Assembly: GCF_022045235.1 (NCBI RefSeq)
Contig: NW_027266270.1
Span: 12,958,001 to 13,022,000, forward strand
Direction of reading: 5' to 3'
Length of the DNA stretch: 64,000 nucleotides
DNA from: Haliotis cracherodii
Taxonomy: Eukaryota
Shown: piece after piece, positions 51,237 through 64,000 of the stretch
Numbering within the stretch: position 1 is the first letter of the stretch
Layout of the letters: every line of letters starts with the position of its first letter
Notes under the pieces: generated by a model
The model's database searches: none
What the model saw: only the letters and a program-made list of their open reading frames with translations
Told to the model about the DNA's origin: nothing
Position numbers and translations under genes: made by a program

Positions 51237-51499
51237 TGTTTGTTTGTTGTGTAACGCCGTACTCAGCAATATTCCAACTATGTGACGGCAGTCGGTAAAT
51301 AATCGAGTCCGGACCAGACAATCCAGTGATTGACATCATGAGCATCGATCTACGAAATTGGGATACGATGACATACATCAACCAAGTCAGCAAGATTGAC
51401 CCCCCGATCCCGTTTGTTGCCATTTACGACAAGCATAGTCGCTTTTTACGGCAAGCATGGGTTGCTGAAGACCTATTCGACCCCGGATCTTCACGGGTC
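51237..51499 (-). mobile_element. Full-length family D retroposon
   Basis: Ends CTTCACGGGTC on the + strand. Confidence 0.9.
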
Positions 51500-54319
51500 T
51501 TACAAAATATGGATACGTTGCATACATCATCTAAGTCATCGAGCCTTGCCACCTGATCCCGTTAGTCGCCTCTTACGCATGTATGGGTTGCTGATGACCA
51601 AGACCTGATTTTCAGGTGAACTTTTGATTTGTCTTTGCATGTGTATCATCTGGTATCATCTGGAATCATCTGGTATCATCTGGTATCATCTCCATTTGAC
51701 AGTGATTCATAAACACAAGTTCACGATAAAGTCGGAATCGTACAATCGACTCCTCCTTTTGCAGAGATTTCTTATGAATATGGAATGGGTTCTGTCGTTT
51801 GTATTTAGACCAACAATCGAAACAGGGCACATCTGGGATTTGAACTCGCTGTCAGTGATTCATGGAACAACTGAAGGGACGCAATCACTGCGACAAGATT
51901 CATATAAGGTACACCGCGGTACGATGACATATTATCAAACATGTCACGATCGTGTAGCTATCTCTTAAGCACGATACAATATACTTCTGGTTCATCGATC
52001 ACTTGATCGTCTAGTTTGTTTACAGGCTGACGGAATACTGCGGTGCGGCGTCAGGCAATAAATATTTACTTTTTTATTCAAATTGTATGAATGGCGGGTG
52101 CTTCCGGTAGGTCAGATATGCTTTTCCTTTGCGCGAACACCTGGTGTCATCACTGATTTTCAGCGATCCATTCATTAAATTTTCATATTTATTTTGCCCT
52201 TTACGTCAAATGGCATCTGTTTCAGCTGATAGTCTAGGCTGGTTATTCTCTAGCATTAACAATTTATATTTACATATATATTGAGGCTAGTCTAACCAGT
52301 AATTCATGGAAATTGGATCTGTCCTACATGTATGTGTTATAGGAGCCTGCGTTAGTCGGTTACTAAATTGGTAGCTCATGCAAGCAATCACTGTTTTCCG
52401 CCATTCAAGACTTCAGACGTTCGATTCCAGACCCGAATAGATCGCCCACACGCCACGCATACCCGAAGAGCTGGCTAAGCTTGGTTAGGGTGAAGGTGTG
52501 ACTAGGTTGTGTCACCGTCCCCCGATGTTGTGGTTCGAACCGCGGGTTTGTCTGGCCCAGACTCACAAACACAAACAAACTCACTCTAATCTATTTTTAC
52601 AAGGAGTCTTTTCCTTGCGATCTGATCAAAGGTACTCCATACTGAGATGGGGCTGTATCGTATTGAAGGAATCGTAACTTGGTCAATAAATTGATGAAAC
52701 AGTGGTGACGTGACTTCAAATTTTAACTGAATCACTCATCATTATTTGACTTTTGATCCCTTTAGTGTTGATCGATTCAGTTGCTTTCTCATATTTCAGC
52801 ACTATCCACATCGAAGATACTGTCTGATAATAAGTGAGTGAGTGAGTATGGTTTTACGCCGATTTTAGCAATATTCCAGCAATATCACGGCAGGGGACAC
52901 TAGAAATGGGCTTCAAACATTGTACCCATGTGGGAAATCGAACCTGGGTCTTCGGCGTGACGAGCGAACGCTTTAATCACAAGGCTACCCCTCACTCATT
53001 CATCGTTATCTCCATACTTAAAACGATGTGCCGGTTTTTTCAGGGAAGCGATCTTCACAGCCTCTTCTATATGGCGGTAAGAAGTCTTTAATTTCCTTAA
53101 TCTTATTCAAATACTACTATAATCGTCCACGCAAAATTTTACTTGAGAGGCTGAGAAAAGTAACATGAAGTAGGCCAAACTATGTCAGATGTATCAAACC
53201 TATTCCAGAGCACGCGCTAGTGTTCTGGTGTAGTTGCATGCTTCTACGACCAAGCACGTGATGACTCAGGTTGGAAAATAAAAAACTGGCATTGAGAATT
53301 CAAGTAAAAATATTCATATCGTAGTTAGCTAAATGAACGCCCCTACGTATATCAAGCCACCCTGAGTTGAGTCTATAATGTTAGGCAGGTAGAAATTGTG
53401 ACTACAAACACTTCATTTTAATGTAATTATGTATTTCTATGGATCTTACCACTGATCATTGAGAACTCAAGTACATTGTATGTTACTCTGTCATTTATAT
53501 TTATTGAGTTATAATGTTGGCATGAAACATTTTAATGAACAAAGTCAGTGAGTAGGTATGGTTTTACGCCGCTTTGGGCAATATTCTAGCAATATCATGG
53601 AGGGGGACACCAGAAACGGGCATCACACGTTGTTCCTATGTTGGGAATCGAACCCGGGTCTTCGGCGTGACGAGCGAACGCTTTAACGACTCGGCTTCCC
53701 CGTTGCCCCAAAGAAAAAAGTAGTAAACACGAATGTTCAGTATGTACCTGTATCTTTTCCCTATTTGCATCCATCGGTTCTTCCTTAAACGCTTATTAAT
53801 TTTTTATTGCACGTCCCCGTTCGAACGATATGAATTGAAATAAATAAAATAGCTTCCCGGTCAGTATAAGCTACATGTACATATGAAATGGGATACCAAG
53901 ATGAATACGTCATATTTCTAAGTAGTTCAGCTCTGCACTGTATTTGTCTGTTTAGTTAATTATAATAAGGTGCTTTTGATTGTGTTTATCTTAAATACTT
54001 TATTTATGTACGTACATTGTACATGTACATTAGATATAAATAGTTTCATTCCTCGGATCACCTTGCCATTGACACGGCAGAGTAAAGACCATACTGACAT
54101 TTATAACTTCTACTATATACAGTACCTGGTTTTGTTATAACGGGGTGATAGTGACCTTATAACAGGGTGATAGTGTTATCTACATTTTATCTGAACAGCG
54201 GTAGCAACTGTAAGCAACACCGGTCTTGTTAGATAAGAAGGGTAAATACAGCTTCACTGTAGGATTATTATTATTTAATCATATAATACTGCTTAAAATC
54301 TTATCAACCTCATTTACAG

Positions 54320-57300
54320 ACGAGTATGACACCCCAACAGCTTCGACCCTGTACTGCTGTTGTCTTGGAAGAAAAATAAAACTGCCCATAAAGTATGGAA
54401 GTGACCAAAAACAACAAGCATATCGCTTGCAGGAATACCCCATGTTGATAGATCCAGGTACATTTATCAACCCCTTACATATTTACTCTATGAAGATGAA
54501 GTCAGGAATGTGATCTACCCCTCACACATGCACTCTCTGTTGGTGGATCGTCTCCTTACACGAGTATTTCATGGTGATAGATCCAGGGGTATTATTTATC
54601 CCTTACACATATATCCCATGTTGATAGAATCAGATACACTATCTATCCCTTACATATATACCCCATGTTCATAGATCCAGGTAACTTATCTATCCCTTAC
54701 ATGTATACCCCGTGTTAATAGATCCAGGTATATTATATATTCCTTACATATATACCTTATGTTAATAGAAACAGGTACATTATCTATCCATTACATATAT
54801 ACCTTACGTTGATAGATCCTTATAAGTTATCTTTCCCTTACATATATATCCCATGTTGATAGATCCATGTATATTATCTATCCCTTACATATATATCCCA
54901 TGTTGATAGATCCATGTATATTATCTATCCCTTACATATACCCCATGTTGATAGATCCATATAAGTTATCTATCCCTTACATATATGCCCCATGTTGATA
55001 GATCCAAGAAAATTATCTATCCCTTACATATATACCCCATGTTGATAGATACAGGTACATTATCTATCCCTCACATATGTAAACATGTTGATAGATCCAT
55101 GTACATTATCTATCCCTTACATATATACCCCATGTTGATAGATCCAGGTACATGATCTTTCTTTTACATATATACCCCATGTTCATAGATCCAGGTACAT
55201 TATTTACATCTTACATATATACCCCATGTTGATAGATCCAGGTACATTATCTATCCCTTACATATATACCCTTGTTGATAGATCCAGGTATATTATATAT
55301 CTCTCACATATATACCCCGTGTTCATAGATCCAGCGGGGGCACAGGTGGCCCAGTCGTCTAAGGCGCCGCGATTCGCTGTGCAGAGTTGCGTCCCCTGGA
55401 TACGCCAGAAACCTATGATTGTGGGTTCGAATCCCGGTTCGCCCCCATTATGTTTCTAGGTTTGTCAGCACCATACCCGTGCACGTGGGTTTCACCGAAG
55501 TAGTAAACGTCTGAGACCTGCATCACTTTCCTCCCACATTAAGCTGACACGCCGTGATATAACTGGAATAATGTTAAAAGCGGCGTTAAACCCAACTCAC
55601 TCACTCACTCATAGATCCAGGAGCATTATCTATTCCTTGCATATATACCTTATGTAAATAGACCCAGGTACATTATCTATCCCTTACATATATACCCCAT
55701 GTTGATAGATCCATATAAGTTATCTTTCCCTTACATATAGACCCCATGTTGATAGATCCAGGTACATTATCTATCCCTTACATGTATGACCCGTGTTGAT
55801 AAATCCAGGTATATTATATATCCCTTACATATAAAGCCCGTGTTCATAGATCCCGGAGCATTATCTTTTCCTTGCATATATACCCCCGTGTTGATAGATT
55901 TATGTACATTATCTATCCCTTACATATATACCCATGTTGATAGATCCAGATAACTTATCTATCCCTTACATATATGCCCGTGTTGATAGGTCCAGGTATA
56001 TTATATATCCCTTACATATATACCCCATGCTGATAGATCCTGGTGCATTATCTATCCCTTACATATATACTTGTGTTGATAGATCCAAGTACATGATCTA
56101 TCCCTTACATATATACCCCATGCTGATATATCCTGTTGCATTATCTTTCCCTTACATATATACTTGTGTTGATAGATCCAGGTGCATTATCTATCCCCAG
56201 GTGCATTATCTATACCCAATGTTGATAAATCCAGATACATTATCTATCCCTTAGATATATACCCATGTTCATAGATCCAGGTGCATTATCTATGTCTTAC
56301 ATAATTATATACCCTGTGTTGATAGATCCAGGTACTTTTTCTATCCCTTACATATATACCCATGTTGATAGATCCAGGTATATTATATATCCCTTACATG
56401 TATACCCCGTGTTCATAGATCCAGGAGCATTATCTATTCCTTGCATATATAACTTATGTAAATAGACCCAGGTACATTATCTATCCCTTACATATATACC
56501 CATGTTGATAGATCCAGGTAACTTATCCATCCCTTACACATATACCCCGTGTTGATAGATCCAGGTTCATTGTCTATCTCTTACAGATATTACCCATGTT
56601 GATAGATCCATATAAGTTATCTCTCCCTTACATATATACTTGTGTTGATAGATCCAGGTACATTATCTATCCCTTACATATATACCCCATGCTGATAGAT
56701 CCTGGTGCATTATCTATCCCTTACATATATACTTGTGCTGATAGATCCAGGTGCATTATCTATCCCTTACATATATACCCCATGTTGATAAATCCAGATA
56801 CATTATCTATCCCTTAGATATATACCCATGTTCATAGATCCAGGTACATTATCTATGTCTTACATATATACCCTGTGCTGATAGATCCAGGTACTTTTTC
56901 TATCCCTTACATATATACCCATGTTCATAGATCCAGGTACATTATCTATCTCTTACATAAATACCCATGATGATAGATCCAGGTGCATTATCTATCCCTT
57001 ACATATACATGTATACCCTATGTTGATAAAGACCAAGGTACATTATCTATCTCTTACATATATACCCCGTGTTGATAGGCCCAGGTACATTAACTATCTC
57101 TTACATATACGTGTATACCCTATGTTGATAGACCCAGGTACATGATCTTTTCCTTACATATATACCCCATGCTGATCCAGGCACATTATCTATCCCTTTC
57201 ATATATACCCTATGTTGATGGATCAAGATAAATTACATGAGTACCCCAATTTTATATTTCCGAAAGGGACATGCACATTTTATATGAAAGAAAGTATGAA

Positions 57301-58294
57301 TATGTCAAAATAAAGATTGGGTGGTGCTTCACTCTTGTCCAGGTGTATATATCATTATTGGGAGTACCCTCTTCCAACAGTCGCTTTCCGGGTCCACTCT
57401 GCTGTTGCTGATAAGCGTTTTGGAAAGGCCATGATCAGGTTTGTTGAGCGTTCTGGACACGTGTCGCTCCAAGACACCGAAACCGATGACGTTACAGCGG
57501 TCAGTCCTCTAATTGTCTTCTGTCTCAACAACAGTTCAGTTGACGCAGATGCAGGCAGAGCTCTCAGCGAGGCTAGAGGTCAGCTTAAGACAAGTAACAT
57601 CTCAAAGCATGAATGTTTCATATAAACAAGATAACATTTACCAAGATTGTATTTCACGAGAATATATTCTAAAATGTTTCAAGCCATTTGTATTCGATAC
57701 AAAATGATTTATAATAAAACCAGAAGCATGACAGAAAATCTAAAGACAGGCCAGATAGAGACAGGAATTTACACTGTTTTATTATATATTTCCAGATAAA
57801 GAAAACAAATCATCACCAAATTAATAATAATAACCTTTACTTTCTGTTCCTGGTTAGAAGAGACCATTTACGCATTAAATGTTTGGTTGCGATATTGACG
57901 TTCGGATTGCATATAAATAATATGTATCATGCTTTAAATGCTGAAGCTTAATATAGGACCACTTTCAAGATTATCCAGATGCCTTTAATGTTTGTAACGC
58001 TATACAAAACGTATTCCGTTCACGTTGATTTGGAGTATGAAAAGTGATGACCTTTATGTTCGTCTGTTTTCAGAGGGTAATGATGTGTTTCTGGTGGTGA
58101 TCAAAAATGTAAACCCAAGCTCAACCTACAACAACACCCTCAGTCTCTCTGCTAAGAACAGGCGCCGCATTGGTGGGTGTGGAATACTTACATACTCTAC
58201 GGATTCCAGGAAGTTCCAGGAAACAGATGACAACATGGACATGTTAAGGCGATTACGTCACTTCTTACTGGACGCAGTTGTTGAAATTGATTAA
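54320..58294 (+). CDS. 3' part of uncharacterised gene X1 (TIR-like alpha/beta domain); exons 54320-54392, 57343-57578, 58074-58294
   Basis: Canonical AG/GT sites with matching phases (1-2, 2-1, 1-stop) give one open frame: EYDTPTASTLYCCCLGRKIKLPIK-CIYHYWEYPLPTVAFRVHS...SPLIVFC...EAR-EGNDVFLVVIK...LRHFLLDAVVEID*. Paralogous exon pair at 61620-63388. Confidence refers to the exons; the fold is inferred. Confidence 0.72.
54438..57230. repeat. 46-47-bp intronic minisatellite
   Basis: Unit CCCCATGTTGATAGATCCAGGTACATTATCTATCCCTTACATATATA. Confidence 0.97.
55335..55610 (+). mobile_element. Full-length SINE family A inserted in the minisatellite
   Basis: 12-bp TSD TCATAGATCCAG at 55323-55334 and 55609-55620. 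Confidence 0.95.
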
Positions 58295-59096
58295 GGACTT
58301 AGTCTTTGCATAAACATTTAAAACGACGTGCTCCAAGAAACTGTCGCTCGACAATCAGTTATGTGCAAGCCTTATGGCTATGATCTTAAAAGACGACAGA
58401 CATTTGTCGTTTGCTTTATACGTATTGTGATGACAAAAACTGATGTTTAATCTTTAAGAATAATTTACAGAGGCATTAATTGTAAATTAATGTACATCCG
58501 ATCTCTTTACTCTAAAATGTACCAGAAATCTAGCTTACACGATGTAGATCATTGGGATCGCGTACGTGTGAATGATTGTATATTTGCATGCATTGTGACA
58601 TACATTACATTGTTTCTGTCTGTGATTGAGTGAGTTCGTGTACCAGGGTTCATTGTACAGCTGGTATTTCAAACCTACATGTATATGAAACGAAATGGGC
58701 TCTGCTATCTGTGCGTGTATTAACTCAATTCCATGTTCTTAATGTCCCTCTGAAAAATATAATTTGGTCGCGTATGAGTTATTTCAGGAATAAACCCTGC
58801 ATTTAAAATCAGTTTGCGTCGCATTGGTGAACATATATTTACATATATCATTGACTTTTATATTTTGAATTAATTTACCTGTATTATATCAATTAACGGA
58901 ATGACTATGACGAATCGTTTTCATGGTTTTATCACATAAAATTTTACATTAAAGTTTTCACCGTGATCTACAATGTACCACGAACAAAATTTACACAAAT
59001 GATGATATGTAGGTGCCGATCATCTCGATATAAACATACTCTGTTGTCAATAACACATTCGCCTTTTTGTTTCGTAATAAATTATATTATTTTAAT

Positions 59097-59364
59097 GTTT
59101 GTTTGTTTATTTGTTTGTTGTTTAACGCCGCAGTATCCCAGGTATATGATGGCGGTCTGTAAATAATCGAGTCTGGTCCAGACAAGCCAGTGATTGACAT
59201 CATGAGCATCGATCCACCGCATTTGGGATACGGTGACATGCATCAGCAAAGTCAGCGAGCCTGACCACCCGATCCCGTTAGTTGTCTCTTGCGACAAGCA
59301 TAGTCGCCTTTTAGCTCAAGAATGGGTTGCTGAAGACCTATTCTACCCCGGATCTTCACGGGTC
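59097..59364 (-). mobile_element. Full-length family D retroposon with TSD
   Basis: Flanked by ATATTATTTTAAT on both sides. Confidence 0.9.
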
Positions 59365-60641
59365 AAATATTATTTTAATAACTTAAAACGGCTTTGTGAT
59401 AATCATTTTGTGGTGGAAAATCACTGTTGTTGCAATTGCGTCATTTATTCTCTGTTCTGTGGTTACATCTGCATTCTAAACATATCTGTGTTGCACATTT
59501 ACATAATATATTCAACACGGTTTGGATTATCGGAGGTTCCAAGCCAGTAAAACATACCTCTGATACCTCTGATACATTCAAACAACCACACACAATTGCA
59601 GATGAACGTACTCTTCTATGCTTATGCTTTTGCTTGTTATTAATATTTTCAATCCCGGTAGTTTAACAGCTGATATAAACAATTGGACTTTTAAAATGGG
59701 AATGTAAGGCCACTAGACAATTTAAATGCACGTTCGAGAAAACAATGTGGGTTTTTACTCGATTATAAACGACATCGAGAAACCATACATTTCACATTCA
59801 CAGTGTTATATTACCCTACACTGTCTTATACTATAATAATGAATAAATAATAAATGTTTTTGGTCGTCTTCAAAGATCTTTGCTCTATTCGATAACACCT
59901 TATACATACAAATACTACTTATTTCCATCAAGCTTGAATAGATGTCTTCCCTCCAACGTTCTTTGAAAGCCATGTTTTATATATCGAAAAATTATACATA
60001 CAGTAGAATATGTGTATCTATGCCAATAAGTAATTGTATCAACAGAATCCATAAATTGTGTCTACTTTGTCAAAATCCATGAGTTCGCTGCATTATGACG
60101 TCATTTCTCATTACGTCATTTTGGCATAATACGAAGTGACGTGACGTCAGTCCTGTTTTTCGCCATTGGGAAGATATGCATCGATCGATTGCTGGTGTTA
60201 GAATTATGCGTAAAATATACTTGTCTGTACATTCACATTTCGTATTAAGCGCATAGTATAGGTATCATGTGTCAAGTCTGTCCCTTCCACTGGAAAAGAA
60301 ATTTGATATGACGATACAGGTGACCTTAACGCGTATTGTTTACGTATCAGCATCTTATCTGAACAATGTGATTTCAAAGGTCCCTTACACAATACAATCG
60401 CTAATACCGAGGTAAGCATGACATCTATTTTCCTTCTTGTAACTATGCGTTGTTTAAATTTGACAACGAGGACATAACACAGTATTTTGGTTTCACTGCA
60501 TATATGTTCATGGAGGCAGTAAGAATCCGTGTATAAACTTAAGCATGTGCCATGCCATGCAATGTTACAGTGGTAGCGTGTCAAGTTTGTTTATGCGGGA
60601 GTGTCCTTTTATCTGTTGACCTCACAATGAATCTTCGCAGC

Positions 60642-60770
60642 TTGGATAAAGCATGACTGTGACACCCCCCTGGATGAAGCATAACTGTGACACACCCCTC
60701 GGATGAAGCATGGCTGTGACACACCCCTTGTATAAAGCACGACCGTGACACTCCCCTTGGCTGAAACATG
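60642..60770. repeat. Short ~29-bp tandem repeat (4 units)
   Basis: GGATrAAGCATGACTGTGACACmCCCyT repeated. Confidence 0.85.
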
Positions 60771-60924
60771 GGTAGCTCAACATCAGGTGATGCATTGTGC
60801 TGAAGTTCTTTAATCAAGATCCTTCACACAGGGAATTTGACATAAGCTAAATAAGTGTACAAAAGTTAAATCAGCTTGTAAATCACACTCCTGCATGTAT
60901 ACATGTATATTGTTCATGATGATA

Positions 60925-61137
60925 AGCGTCCCTTGAACACGCCAGAAACCTATGATTGTGGGTTCGAATCCCGGTTCGCCCCCATTATGTTTCTAGGTTT
61001 GTCAGCACCATACCCGTGCTCGTGGGTAAACATCTGAGACCTACATCACTTCTGGCTTTCCTCCCACATTAAGCTGAGACGCTATGATATAACTGGAATA
61101 ATGTTAAAAGTGGCGTTAAACCCAACTCACTCACTCA
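60925..61137 (+). mobile_element. SINE family A, 5'-truncated
   Basis: B box, core and (ACTC)n tail. Confidence 0.88.
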
Positions 61138-61619
61138 TTTACTCACACATGGTTATAAGGGGTGGCGGGGTAGCCTGGCCTCGTCACACCGAGGTTTGAT
61201 TCCCAAAATGGGTACAATATGTGAAGCTTGTTTTTAATGCCCCCGCCGTGATATTACTGTGATATTGCTAAAAGCGGGGCAACTCACTCACTCATAATGA
61301 TAAACGGTCTCATAACACACCTTGTTTATTGGCAACAAGGAATACACGTGTATTCACACAATGCATATTCCTTCATGATCATGATCACTGTGGTGTATAC
61401 AAATACCGGTTAAATGTTTAGTTATATTTCATAATTCATGTGTTTGAATATGGCGTGGGAGGAAAGCCAGAGGATATATAGGGTGTAGACGTTTACCTTG
61501 GGTCATCGTATATCGTATTCACCTCAGATATATCTCAAACACTTGTGTAACGATGTTCAGTTGACATAAGACAAATCAGTTCATTGGGAAACGTGCAGTA
61601 AAATAAACATGAATTTTAG

Positions 61620-63388
61620 TTTCATATTATGCGAAGGAAGAATCGACCCTGATTAAGAAGGTAAAAGACAAAGTCAGGCGAAAGTGTAAGCTGAATCTGA
61701 AAAAGGTGTCAGCCCGTTTTCAAGCCAGCCCCCTACTTCTTTTCTGCGAGGTCACAACTACCATCGATAAGGCTGTCAATGACATCGTTAAAGAAGCTAG
61801 AGGTATCATTTCATATTGAATTCTTGACATGCACAATTCAACGAAGAATACCCATACGCACAATGGCATTAAATAAATTAGAATTTGATTTCATTTCATA
61901 ACAACACATAACACATGACTTACAAATTGTTGTCTACTTGGCTTTGAAACTTAGGGACCGACCATTTTATATTCTGGGATGGGGGTGATGACTAAGATTA
62001 AAAAAGAAATTGTCCTAGAGAATGCTTAAAAAATAAATATGCTTCAACCTGTCAAAACAGGACATTTGTCTGTCACTAATTATAAAATGCATTGTTGCAA
62101 TATGTTGTTTATTTATTTATTTTTTTAAAAAGTAGTAATTGGCCTAATACAAAAATAGAGAGAATATCCCATGCGACGAGTGAAATATCATGCTTCTCTC
62201 ATCAAGTAACGGGGAACAGGTGATATTTTCATGAGATGAGACGAAAAATTATATTTCACTCGACACATGGAATATCCTATTTATTATATACTTTTTGTGT
62301 AGTTGGCTACCGGAAAATTGAATTATTTCATAACAAATCGGAAACCTTGAAACGTAAAATGTCCCTACCTAACACACAGGGTCGTTTCACCATCCCTTGT
62401 AAGTGCGACTTTAAATTAATTTAAATTAAAATCTGAAAAAATATAAACAAAAGTAACAAAAAAATATTTGATGTCAAGTAACAAATGTTGCGCCTTTTGG
62501 AATGAACAGCCTCGATTAACGAGTTAAATGTGAATTTACAGTTTACAACAAAACAATTTCAAGAGTAATATTTTCCACCACTCGAAGCAATATTACATGT
62601 AACGCCATAAATAACCATCTGTCACTATTTTGCCTTGTCAATGCGGAAGTCAACAGTTTGTGTACGGGCTAGACAATTGCGATAAAGGGAGCTAATTGGC
62701 GGGCAGGTTACTCTCGTAAGACAATAGTTCCGTCGAAGTGTAATGTTCACTGCAGTGAAATATTAAGTCTGATGTTCAGTGTTTTTGTTCACTGCAGTAA
62801 AATATCAAATGTTATGTTCACTGCGATGAAAATACCTCTTTTCTGAACTTCAAATTAATATGATTTTGCAACTGTAGCTGAACACTTATTACTTACCCAT
62901 ACAGAATCCTAACACCTTCCCCGAATATTTAATGATCGGTCCCTCACAAACGCTAATTAGGAGGCCTGGTTGTCTACTCTGCTTTGAAATTAATTACAAA
63001 AGAATACCGCAAAAATACCAGAACCAGCTCCTTTACCTTCAGTCATAATGGACACTCGTTACTATTGCAAATCTTTGATATAATTCTCCTGTTACTACGT
63101 TCATTGCAGGTGGCGATGATGTTTTTGTGGTCACGGTTAAACTCAGCGATAGACACCCAGGAAAAAACAAGCATTTGTCCGATTTCATAGCGGAAAGCAC
63201 AAGGAGATTAATTGGAGACGCTTGTGTGTTCTTCTTTGACATAAACCTTGCATCAACTGATTTCCAAAATGACAATAAAATTGCCTTTTATGGAATAAAA
63301 CGGTTCATGGCAGATGTCAATCCAGCTGATAGACATATGATACTACCTCATGTCACTTTTCAGAGACATCCCTTCCTCAATGAGCCAG
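61620..63388 (+). CDS. Internal exons of uncharacterised gene X2 (paralog of X1); exons 61620-61802 and 63110-63388, gene incomplete
   Basis: (V)SYYAKEESTLIKKVKDKVRRKCKLNLKKVSARFQASPLLLFCEVTTTIDKAVNDIVKEAR|GGDDVFVVTVK...STRRLIGDACVFFF...FQNDNKIAFYGIKRFMAD...NEP|. Same phase-1 intron after EAR as in X1. Confidence 0.7.
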
Positions 63389-63435
63389 GTACATATAATT
63401 ACTTATATAACATATTGTGACCCTATATCATATAG

Positions 63436-63686
63436 TGACCCGCCAAGAGAAAAGGGACCTTTTGGGTGCTAGGCTACACTTGTGCTATGACGTCATCAAG
63501 ACGTTTGACGTCAGCTTCCTTTAGTGAAGATCGCCATGTGTGATGTCATGTATTTCTGTAACAAATATGAATTGAAGCTTGTGAATTGTATATTTATATT
63601 CCGAAGGTGCCGTAGTTTAAAAATATAATGAAAAGTCAAAATGAAAATTTTCACCCATAAGGTTCCTTATCTCATGGTTGGTCACG
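63436..63686. mobile_element. MITE with imperfect TIRs
   Basis: GTGACCCGCCAAGAGAAAAGGGACCTT vs reverse-complemented GTGACCAACCATGAGATAAGGAACCTT. Confidence 0.55.
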
Positions 63687-64000
63687 TATGCTGTTTTCAA
63701 CAAAGCGTCATTCGTAACAGGACACAACAACATGATTATTTGTTTATTTTAATTTGTCATCGAAGAGTAGCTTGGGGATAGCTAAATATGAAAACGTTTG
63801 CATTCCTCACGTTGGACATGTGCATTTTAAAGGCGGCCATGTCAAGTAGTTTGCTGTATTCTAGGCCAGACCATATCCATGTGCGTTCAACTTGCGCCTA
63901 TTGTTACAGTGCGCTTCATGTAGGCATGGTATATATACAAACGTAATCACAAAAAAACAGTGCTTCTAGTAGACTAGAAGGTGCATTGTTGTCGTAAGTC

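Noticed and set aside
55934-57145. Repeated MLIDPG/YIYP ORFs
   Set aside because: Translations of the 47-bp intronic minisatellite.
62150-62900. Imperfect hairpin and repeated TGTTCACTGCAGT motifs, possible Crypton/MITE
   Set aside because: Boundaries and family could not be supported by eye.

Overview
AT-rich, repeat-dominated eukaryotic DNA with spliced genes; the repeat landscape looks molluscan, probably gastropod or abalone-like (inference). Genes: (i) a tandem cluster of two-exon C-factor/sniffer-type short-chain dehydrogenase (SDR) genes on the + strand, three intact (28453-29967, 34676-36777, 44097-46305) plus an exon-1-only pseudogene (26238-26560); (ii) two tandem, highly diverged paralogous genes at 54.3-63.4 kb that the ORF track shows only as unlinked fragments. 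Their phase-matched exons encode an alternating beta/alpha domain with a TIR/SEFIR-like pattern, which is the best novelty candidate here. The rest is mobile DNA: at least four short retroposon families (three share a 3' tail; one has no tRNA head but a precise, structured 5' end), Penelope-like relics with minimal hammerhead ribozymes, a DIRS relic with RNase H and a Dam-like domain, MULE, Tc1, piggyBac-like and Kolobok/THAP elements, a Helentron-type element carrying a 156-bp satellite, MITEs and three large minisatellites. All long ORFs in the track (9-11 kb, 38-42 kb) are tandem-repeat artefacts. All calls were made by eye and no database searches were run.
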